Shown piece after piece: positions 1 through 10,300 of a stretch of DNA of 64,000 nucleotides. A program made the position numbers and the translations under genes. Every line of letters starts with the position of its first letter. Position 1 is the first letter of the stretch. A model generated the notes under the pieces. That model was not told the origin of the DNA and ran no database searches. It worked only from the letters and a program-made list of their open reading frames with translations. The stretch comes from Octopus vulgaris (taxonomy: Eukaryota): positions 45,942,001-46,006,000 of the forward strand of contig OX597833.1 of assembly GCA_951406725.2 (NCBI GenBank), given 5' to 3'.

Positions 1-177
1 TACTATTAATTACGAAATCAATAAATTATTATAAAAATATAAGTTTCTTCTTGCGTGTTTATAAGGTTACCAATGTACCAGTCAACTTTTCTTCATATTT
101 TGTTTAACCTTCATTGATTATAAAGTGACATTAGTATCATGCTAGTGATTAAGATATATATATATATTATAGGTACA

Positions 178-660
178 TTATTTACATTTGATGGATATTT
201 GTCCTCATCTTGTTTGTTGTTAACACAATGTTTCAGCTGATATACCCTCCAGCCTTCATCAGGTGTCTTGGGGAAATTTCGAACTTGGGTTCTCATTCCT
301 AAGGTATTTTTCGATGTTGTTGTTGTTATTATTACTATTAGTAGTAGTAGTATTAGTATTATTCAGGTCATTGCCTGGAACTGAACTCGGAATTTTGGGG
401 TTAAGAGCACAGGCTACTAACCCCAAGATTCCAAATTCAATTCCAGGCAGTGACCCGAATAATAATAATAATAACAACAACAATAATAATAACAACAACA
501 TTGAAAAATATCTTAGGAATGAGAACCTAGGTTCGAAATTTCCCCAAAATGCCTGAAGGCTGTGGGGTATATCGGCCAAAACGTTGTGTTGACAACAAAT
601 AAGGTGAGGAAAAATATCTGTCAAATGTAAATAATTCCTCATCTCTTAAATATAGAACTG
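178..660. mobile_element. Fold-back element: inverted pair of [tRNA-like segment + (AAT/AAC)n + hammerhead-like motif], Penelope-associated
   Basis: 178-~400 is an imperfect reverse complement of ~412-634; another partial copy at 19178-19296. Confidence 0.7.
222..267 (-). ncRNA. Minimal type I hammerhead ribozyme-like motif (slightly decayed)
   Basis: Minus strand reads GACAC CUGAUGA A GGCUG-loop-CAGCU GAAAC AUU GUGUU; stem I GACAC/GUGUU, stem II GGCUG/CAGCU. Confidence 0.65.
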
Positions 661-799
661 TTTCCTCTTCATGCACATCAACTTATACCGTTATTAAAAT
701 CCAATATGTAGTCTCTGTTGCTGCAGCATGTTAGAACGTTAGTTCAAAATACATATTAAAATTGAGAATTATGGAAATATATATTATAGTATGTTATTC

Positions 800-901
800 C
801 TCAGTCTGAAGAATTTCTAATAGGAAATCCCTTACATGTCTGTCTAACATGTAAAACTGTAATTCCTACTAACAGATGAAACATGTGTAATGGTTAATAA
901 A
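800..901 (+). ncRNA. Degenerate hammerhead-like motif with long stem II, followed by AATAAA
   Basis: CTGAAGA (806-812), then partly complementary atttctaatagg / cctactaacagat, then GAAAC ATGT GTA (878-889), then aataaa; stem I poor. Confidence 0.35.
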
Positions 902-1149
902 TAATTCCAAAATATTTCTAATTTCTTGTTTTGTTATATATATATCCTGAGCGTCCAAAAACACTATACTTGTTCCATGTCCTCGCATTGTTGTGTTTTC
1001 ATGTTTGGATTAACTATATATAAATATATATATATATATAAATAAACTGCTTCTTTTAGCATGTAAAATTACCTGTTAAAGGTAATTTCTCTTGTGTTTA
1101 AATATACACTATTTTATTTATATATATATATATAAATACATATATATAA

Positions 1150-1330
1150 AGTTAATCCAAACAAGAAAGCACAAAAAACACAACAACGCGAGGACGTGGA
1201 ACAAATATAGTATTATTAGACGCTCAGGAAAGAAGGAGGGTTTAAAGTTTCGAGCGGAGCTCTCCGTCGGAAACATAAGAGAAGGAAAGACAGAGGGAAA
1301 AAAATCGTCAACGGTACACACGCGGTCACG
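1150..1330 (-). mobile_element. Penelope-type terminal repeat fragment with mutated hammerhead core; inverted partial copy at 945-1014
   Basis: Near-identical to 10933-11126. Core reads CCGACGG instead of CUGACGA. Abuts a (TA)n tract. Confidence 0.6.
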
Positions 1331-1939
1331 AGATTCAATAATACTCCCCTATTTCTTAAACTGATCATGTTTTATGAACGTTCAAGTGAGAGACTTCATA
1401 ATATATATGGAATACGAAGATGGTTGCGGCCATTGAAGTACATTTGGAAATTGGTGCTAAGCATTTGTAGCTAGAACCCAGATGTGTTACCAGGCTGATA
1501 TAGGAATCATATAGAAGGATAGCAGAGATGTGATTAGAAATTTTTCAGAGGGAACCAGAAGAAAACCTGGTAATAGATTTGGCACAAGTGCTTAAGGAAA
1601 ACAGTCTTCCTTAGGTAACAATGGAATAATTTAACTGGATGAATGTCTTTATGAGTGACAAATAGTTGGAAGGGACTATGGGTTGTATCACGAGCTTAAA
1701 TACCTGTAAATTCTCTAGTAGTTTTAATGATGCTCTGCACTGCATGAGATACTGAATCTCTCTCTCTATATATATATATATTTAATCCGGTGGTACTCAC
1801 AAAAAAAAAAACCCCTTTAGTCGATATGACTACAAACCACGTAGTAAATCAAATCATAGGGGTGTAATGTATCGTCCTATGCAGTTTCAATCCAGCAAAT
1901 TCAAACTTGGTTGAGTTCATTTGGGTAAAGCCGTTTTTC

Positions 1940-2656
1940 TTATTTTCTGCTCGTTACATAATTTTGCTCACACTTCTTGATACGTGGTTGATGACACTGA
2001 TCAAGATAATTTGAAATGTAGTCTTGTTGGCATCGGTTCACTTCTAGTTCCATCAAATTACGGCTCTGTAATTCTTTCTGTTTTAGCAAGTTTCCTTTGA
2101 GCTTTTTAACTTCCGAGATTCTAGAAGCCAATTTTTCATCCAGTTTCTTATTCTGCTCTTCAAGCTGACTACATCGGGTTTCCAATTCACATTTCTTTTC
2201 ATTTTCAAGTTTCACAGATTTATTCAAGGAGTTTAAAATTCTTCGGAAACTTTCACGGTCGTCTTGTATCTGCTTCTGTAGAGCGGCTATTTGCTGCTGT
2301 GATATTTCTAAATGATCAGTTAGCTCACAGCAGCGTGTTTTGGTTCGGCAATGGTTTAATTTCTCGATCTCCAATTCCTGGGCTACTGATTCATATTGTT
2401 TCCAGGAAACCACTGAATCCAATATTTCGGACCCCTTAAAAGTTGATGATTTCGAGTTATCAAAATCTGACATAATGGTAGCACTTTCATTGCGACTGTT
2501 CGACTGTCCAGAAGCTTTGGAGGATAATTCCGTAGTTTTGTTAATTAAAAAGTCTTTGAGTTGCAATAAATCTTGAAACTGTTGCTGTATCACTTCGTAA
2601 CCAGTGGTAACACTTGTTAGAGTCAGCGCCGAACTTTCACCACAATCCGACGCCAT
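1940..2656 (-). CDS. SPATA24: SPATA24-like coiled-coil protein, single exon (238 aa from ATG at 2656)
   Basis: Uninterrupted ORF with heptad-rich composition. VVSWKQYESVAQELEIEKLNHCRTK and QQDYISNYLDQ align by eye with SPATA24 FVSKEEFQAVEKKLVEEKAAHAKTK and QQESYMAQVLDQ. The track start at 2668 is TTG; the first ATG is at 2656. Confidence 0.8.
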   Translation of the reverse strand: MASDCGESSALTLTSVTTGYEVIQQQFQDLLQLKDFLINKTTELSSKASGQSNSRNESATIMSDFDNSKSSTFKGSEILDSVVSWKQYESVAQELEIEKLNHCRTKTRCCELTDHLEISQQQIAALQKQIQDDRESFRRILNSLNKSVKLENEKKCELETRCSQLEEQNKKLDEKLASRISEVKKLKGNLLKQKELQSRNLMELEVNRCQQDYISNYLDQCHQPRIKKCEQNYVTSRK

Positions 2657-3284
2657 GTTTGTAAACAAACCAAAGACAGCATTTCAGTTCTCTCCCTTAG
2701 ATTCGGTGCTTAAAAATTATGTAAATTTAATTAATTTAAATAATTAATTTAAATAATATAAAAACACACGATTGGATAAATAACTCGATAGAATTATTTA
2801 TATTTTAAAATATTCTCTGAGATTACAAAACTGTTAAAATAATTGTACACGGATGCTACTTATCTCTGATCAGTTAAGCCAGGTATTATAATTTCTCATA
2901 CATTAATTTGTTCCCTTGAATAAATATTACAGGAGGAACTTCTAAGGTTATCACCGTTAGCAGTTAACAGCGTTTTTTCGTAAATTTCTGCTGCAAAACA
3001 AACTTAACCAAGTTGAGTGTTTTTTTTGTAATTTTTCGTTAATTAAAAATTAATTGTAATGTTCGATTAAGAGTATAATGTACCAAAGAAACAGAGAATT
3101 ATCTAATATGACATCATGGTGACTTGATAAAAATAAGATACTTTTTTTTTAAAATTCTATTTTGCCGTAATAATCTCTCTTAATCCCAACCTTGTTCCAT
3201 CCCTAATACAAAAAGGGTACTTGTACCTACAAAAAGAAGCTTCTTAAGATTGTTTTCAAGGATCGATTTATCAAAACGTTCAAA
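2657..3284. promoter_or_regulatory. Probable bidirectional promoter and 5' UTRs between the SPATA24-like and ASB3-like genes
   Basis: Divergent start codons only 628 bp apart; no recognisable transposon in this interval. Confidence 0.6.
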
Positions 3285-3381
3285 ATGGACTTCTCGGAAG
3301 CTTACGCTGATACTTGTTCAACAATAGGAGCAGCTGCCAGAGTCGGTGATGTTTGTGCTCTGCAGACATTACTTACACAAG
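3285..3381 (+). CDS. ASB3: ASB3-like exon 1
   Basis: ATG at 3285, MDFSEAYADTCSTIGAAARVGDVCALQTLLTQ(G), donor G|gtaata, phase 1. Confidence 0.93.
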
Positions 3382-6300
3382 GTAATATAAGATGCATTCA
3401 AATTTTGTCATTACGTCTGCAATTTTTATTTAATTTTAATTATAGTTTAACTTTAAAACCATTTATTGGCTTACAATTAATTAAGTGTCTTTGTGTCCAC
3501 TTTATTCTTAGTTCCTGATGCAGCAGGTGTCCCTGGGTATTCCCTATCTCTGTCCAATTAATCTTTTAAATTTTCTTATAGCAAGATGTATCCAGAAGCA
3601 AGAACGTCATCTTTTGAATAAACAAACAAGAAATTTTAATACTTGCTCAATAAAAATAAACTATATATGTACCTGTTTTTGATTTTTTACTTATAAGCTG
3701 AAATTATCACTTCATTGTTTGTGAGTGTGTGTGTGGAAAAAAAAAAGCGAATTTTTAATTTTTAAACAAGCGGGTTTTCATTTTAATCCTGTGGACAATT
3801 AGCTTATGAATCTAATTGAGTTAAAGTTATTTAGTGTTTATTTGTTATTCATAATTATAGCTTAGATTTTTTGTAAAACTATTCTCAGAGAAAAGAAAAT
3901 TCATTTTTGTAGTGTTGTTTTTTTTTCCCCCTTTGTATCGTATGTTACTTATATTTAAATGTTTGCTTAATACGTTTAGATATAGGTGGGGCAAAATGAG
4001 GTGTTTTTACTGTATTTCTTTGTTTGAAACAAGATATATTTTTGACAAATCTTCACTACCTTTCGAAAGCTATATCAGCTAAGCAAATGGCCTTCCCTAA
4101 ATGCATTAAAAGCATTATAACATAATTTGGTCACCATTTCAGAAAATTATCGCCATTCCCTTTTGAGCGTGTAAAGGACAAATTTGACCGGGGCAAAATG
4201 AGTAAGACAAGATTATGTAAATTTGCCGCTTCACTTCTCCAGAAAACAAACTCATACACATCAATATCCATCCTTGGACATCAGAAAAATCATAAATGCA
4301 AAAAAATAAATAAATAAAATAAATATCTAGGTCAAATGAAAGAGGATAACGGTAAAAATGGTACATAATATCAAATTAACGAAACTTGAGTAAGAAAAAC
4401 AGTAACTTAACATAGAATATTCTCTATAGCTTCTTCATGATATACTGGAGTGTTCTCTTCGTGATATATTCACTTACCATGCAGTTAAAGAGAAGAAATT
4501 ATTGACATTAGTAAATACTCATTTTACCCCTCAATTTTTTGGAACTTGAAAATTATCAAATTAGACATTAGTGTGAATTAAAAAATTGACTTGTAATGCA
4601 ACAGAGAAAAGATTATTGATTGTTAAACACCAAAAATTGTCCAGCTGTTTTATTAGAAACATCAATTACAATTGGGTCAAAAGTTGAGGAGAAAGCTTTT
4701 GAAAAAGGAGGACCTGCTGCCTGGCTATGTTTTGGGCTCCCACAACTTCATCAACAACTATGCTGACCAATTGTTTCTCTTAAATATAAGGTAGCAATAC
4801 AAAATGACGATGCAATACTTGCAATGTCATAATTTCAAACAGACAAAAAAAAAATAACAAGAAATCAGAAGTTACTCATTTTGCCCCACCCCTACTTTTT
4901 GAGACGTTTTTAAATGATATTTTTAAACTTTGGTATAAAGCTTCAAATTCATTGAATTAGCAAGAAACTGGAGATTGTATGAGGATTTTCTTAAAATTCT
5001 TGTATGATATCCATGACTAATATTCTTTTTATTTTCCCTGTCAAGTTGCTCATTATGGACTTTCTCGTTCTCTTAACCAGGGAGGCCGGTTGACGTCCGA
5101 GACAACAGGGGTTGGGAACCATTACATGAAGCGGCATTTTGGAATAATACTGGTTGCTTGCAAGTTTTGTTACACAGAGGTGAGTCACTAAGTTATCGAT
5201 CTCAAGTTGACAGAAAAACCTTCAAGTCAATGGTTGGCGTCCAAATCACCCTTTGTAAAATTTTAAGATATGCATAACACTAATGCACAATTCTATTACA
5301 ATGCAGCATGTACAGTACAGTGCTGTTATAGTTTTAGTCTAAATTGAAATGGACAAAGTTGATTTGTCAACTCCAAATGTTGGATGTGTGTACTTTAGTC
5401 TTTGACATAACCAGCCTTATTTCTAAGCTTTGAACAAACCCCTTCAGGAGTAAATGTCTGGCTTTGTACAGATCAGCTACTGTGGCAGCGGCGGAAATAC
5501 GGGCCCTTATTCAGCACCATCCAAACGTGGCCGATGCCAGTGCCACCTTGAGTAGCTTCCATGCTGGTGACACGTAAAAAGCACCAACCGATTGTGGCCT
5601 TTGCCAGCCTCCTCAGCCCCTGTGCCAGTGGCACATAAAAAGCACCCACTACACTCTTGGAGTGGTTGGCGTTAGGAAAGGCATCCAGATGTAGAAACAC
5701 TGCCAGATCAGACTGGAGCCTTGTGCAACCTCCTGGCTTCCCAGACCCCGGTCGAACCGTCCAACCCATGCTAGCATGGAAAACAGATGTTAAATGATGA
5801 TGTGAAAACTGTATGCAGTCTAAACTAAACTAATTCAAAATAATCTAACCTGAGCTGAGCTGACCTTTCACAGTACATAAAAACACTCATTTTCAGAACA
5901 AATTTTATTTTGTTTTTAATGGATCACTATAAGTACATTGAGAGATCACAGCTCCTATACTATGTGTGATTAGAACATTGCAGGAAAGAATCACAAGGCA
6001 GATTTTCAAGTCAAGTAAAACAGCAGGGGACCTAGAGGAAGGCCAAGAACAAGATGTGGTTGGATAATAGCCAGTCTTAGTTGGTCACACTTGGGAATCC
6101 AGCTGGAGAGTCTCATGACAGCTGCTTCTGATAGTAATCTGTGGAGGAGGTGCCTGAGGTCTCTATCTCTACAACCCTCCCAAGAACAGCCAACAGAGAA
6201 GATGGATGGATGATTTACCATCAACTACAGACCTCTACTTATAGCTTTGCATTCTCCCTGTATTTCTGTCATAGTCTGTAAAGAGCACAATTCTTTTTAA

Positions 6301-7301
6301 TCATTTAGGAGGAACCACTCCTTTTAGTGAAGTGGGAGAGCATGAAACTATAGACTCCCCTCACTGCACTTCTCATATAACCCCAACCAAATGCAGTTTC
6401 CATCCTGATTGGGGTAATTATATCACATTTGTGAACCACTGTTTTATATAGTTGTTAGACAGACCCAAAGCAATCCTGATTGAGCAAGCTTATGATCAAA
6501 GGCATTCCAGTTGTGATTATCCCATCTATTTTTTAAGAAGGTCATTTTGCAACAGCATGGCTCCAGGTTTGATTTCACTGCACAGCACCTTTGACAAATG
6601 TTTTCTACCATTCTTTGAGTTGATCAAGATGATTTTTGTGGAATTTGGTCAACTGAAAACTTTGAGGAAGCCTATTATATTCCTCTGTTTGTTGGCTCAT
6701 TTTTATGCCCATTTTCACATGCTAGTATGGGTTAGCCAAATATATTTTTGAGGCGCTGCTTTACAGCTGAATGCTCTTCCTGTCACTAACCCTTACCTAT
6801 TTTTCATGAAAGGGATCTTTGACTCCACGTCTTTTTGGAGACACCTGCGTCACCTTACTCGAGTGTGATCGTTACCTGCGTCGCCTTACTAGCACTTGTG
6901 CTGGGGGCACGTGAAAAAACATTTGAGCAAGGTTGTTGCCAGTGCCGCTGGAGTGGCTCCTCTGCAGGTGGCACATAAAAAGCACCATTTGAGCATGGCC
7001 GTTGCCAGTACCACCTAACTGGCCCACATGCCAGTGGAACATAAAAGCACCCACTACACTCTCGGAATGGTTGGTGTTAGGAAGGGCATCTAGCTGTAGA
7101 AACTCTGCCAGATCAGATTGGAGTCTGGTTCGCCAGACCTCAGTCAGATCGTCCAACCCATGCTAGCATGGAAAGCGGACATTAAACGATGATGATGATG
7201 AAACCCAGCAGATAATTTGTTGGTAAATAAAATGATGCCACCAGTGTTGTGACACAGAGATTTTCAGAGAAGTTCAAATGTGCACAAGGACACATAAACA
7301 C

Positions 7302-7339
<38 letters not shown>

Positions 7340-10300
7340 AATGAATTGAAGCAGTTAATGAGATAGACTTATAAAATAGAGGGGAACAAGTTCTCTTGAA
7401 GAAACCTACTGGAGGTAATGGACTAAATTTGTGACTGGCTCGAAGTTCCAGCTAGACCAAGGGAGGTAGACAAAGCCATAAAAGCAAAGAGACAGGCTTG
7501 GAAAGAATAGGAGGATGGAGGTAGCAACATTTTTCTCATATTAACTGTGACTGGGTCACTGACACAGTTCCCGTACAAGAGTTAAGAATTAGAAAAATAT
7601 ATAGAAAACTATTATTCTGCTATTCTATTACTTGTTTCAGTCATTTGACTGGAGCACTGCCTTAAAGGGTTTTTAGTTGGAGAAATGGACCGCAGGAGTT
7701 ATTCTTTGTAAGCTTTGTACCTATTCTATTAGTTTCTTTTGCTGAACCACTAAGTTACAGGGACGTAAACGTACCAATATCAGTTGTCAAGCAATGGTTG
7801 GGGGACAAACACAGACACATACACACATAAATATATACATACATAAATATATACATACATAAATATATACATACATAAATATATACATACATAAATATAC
7901 ATACATACACACACACATATACACGATGAGCTTTCAGTTTCTGTCTACCTAATCCACTCACAAGGCTTTGGTCAGCCCAAGGATATAGAAGATACTTACC
8001 CAAGGTGTCACAAAGTGCGACTGAACCTGGAGCCATGTAGTTGAGAAAACAATCTTCTTACTACACAACCATGCCTGCACTATAGAAAACTTGTTTATTT
8101 TGTTTTATTAACCCTGCTTATGTATAACAATAATTATGAAAAACATATTTTCGAAGACATTCAAGCCTTGATATGGATTTTCTAAAGCCTTGCATTATAT
8201 TTTTAAAACTTTACACCTAGCCAGTGCAGCATGGCACATTATTTGAGAAACCAATCCATGCAAGAATGGAAAAGTGGACATTAAAATGATGTCCACTATG
8301 CTACCATCTTTAAAAAAGACACACACATTGGGAAATATAGTCATAGGTAAACAAAAACAGGATGGTCATGGCCTTTGATTTATAGGACAATCAGTATTGG
8401 CCTGGGGATAATCATCATGGTCATTTTCATCATTTAACAGCTGCGTTCTGTGCTATGGACGTTTTGACAGGATCTGATGGGCCCAAGGACTGCATTGTGC
8501 TCCAGTGTCTGCTTAGGTATGGTTTCTGTGGTTGGATGCCCTTCCAAATGCCAACCTCTGTACAGTATGTTCTGGGTGCTTTTTTTCATGCCACCAGCAT
8601 TATTGAGGACGCTGTGCAGCTTTCAAGACTACGAACTCCAAGAAGAGTAACTTTATATTGTCGAAGATGAGGACTAGAAGTGGGTAAACTATAAGAAAAA
8701 AAGGACCAAAGCAGAGCAGGTTTGTATGTAGTTTGCTTACCAACCACATGGTTCTGGGTTCATTCCCACTGCGTGACACCTTGGGCAAGTGTCTTCTACT
8801 ATAGCCTCGGGCCAACCAAAGCCTTATGAATGGATTTGGTAAACGAAAACTGAAAGAAGCCTGTCGTATATACGTATATATATATATATGTATGTATGTA
8901 TGTATGTGTGTGTATATGTTTATGTGTCTGTGTTTGTCCCCGCAACATCGCTTGACAACTGATGGTGGTGTGTTTATGTCCCCATAACTTAGCATTTTGG
9001 CAAAAGAAACCGATAGAATAAGTACTAGGCTTACAAAGAATAAGTCCTGGGGTCGATTTGTTCGACTAAAGGCGGTGCTCCAGCATGGCCACAGTCAAAT
9101 GACAAACTATATGTATTTGTGTGTTTTTGCTTAACCCACATCTCCGTAACTTAGCAATTTGGCAAAAAAGACCGATAGAATAAGTACTAGGCTTACAAAG
9201 AATAAGTCCTGGGACCGATTTGTTCGACTAAAGGCGGTGCTCCAGCATGGCTGCAGTCAAATGACTGAAACAAGTAAAAAATAACAAAAGAATTTCTTTG
9301 GATTGAAAAGGTTTATAGAAACTGTATTTGTTGGCATAAAAGAGACTCAAGCATATTGGATGCAATCCCAGTTTCAGCACTGCATATTCTGGACAGAATG
9401 TTTTTGGTGCCTTAAAGCATACAATATTTAAAACAGTCTAGCAGCACATTGTGAAACATTTCAAAAGTACCTTACTGTATACAAAAAGTACATAATAAGT
9501 GCAGGCATTACAGGTACTACTCGTCTTTGCCAGCTGAGTGAGCTGGAGTAACGTGAAACAAATTGTTTTGCTCAAGGACGCACTGCGTCGCCGGAAATTG
9601 AACTCACGAGTAGCCTTCTGGTATAAATAACAGGCAGCGAGCTGGCAGAATCGTTAGCACGTCAGGTGAAATGCTTAACGATATTTCGTCTGCCGCCATG
9701 TTCTGAGTTCAAATTCCACCGAGGTCGACTTTGCCTTTCATCCTTTCGGGGTCGATAAATTAAGTACCAGTTTCGCACTGGGGTTGATGTAATCGACTTA
9801 ATACCTATGTCTGTCCTTGTTTGTCCCCTCTGTGTTTAGCCACTTGTGGGTAATAAAGAAATAGGTATAAACAACAGTTGTATGGTAAGAAGCTTGCTTC
9901 TCAACCACGTGGTTCTAGGTTCAGTCCCACTGCATGGCACTTTGGGCAAGTGTCTTCTACTATAGCCATGGGCCAACCAAAGCCTTGTGAGTGGATTTGG
10001 TAGACGGAAACTGAAAGAAGCCCATCGTATATATTTATGTGTATCTTTGTGTCTGTGTTTGTTCCCCTATCAGAGCTTGACTACTGGTGTTGGTGTGTTT
10101 ACATTCCCATAACCTAGTGGTTCGGCAAAAGGGAACGATAGAATAAGTACTAGGCTTTAAAAGAAATAAGTTCCTGGGTCGATTTCGTTCGACTAAAAAC
10201 CCTTCAAAGCAGTGCTCCAGCATGGCCACAGTCAAATGACTGAAACAAGTAAAAGAATATATGTGTATCTGTGTTTGTATTCCACCACTACTGGACAACC

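Noticed and set aside
259-642. Mirror ORFs with poly-Leu/poly-Asn on both strands
   Set aside because: By-product of the palindrome and its AAT/AAC microsatellite
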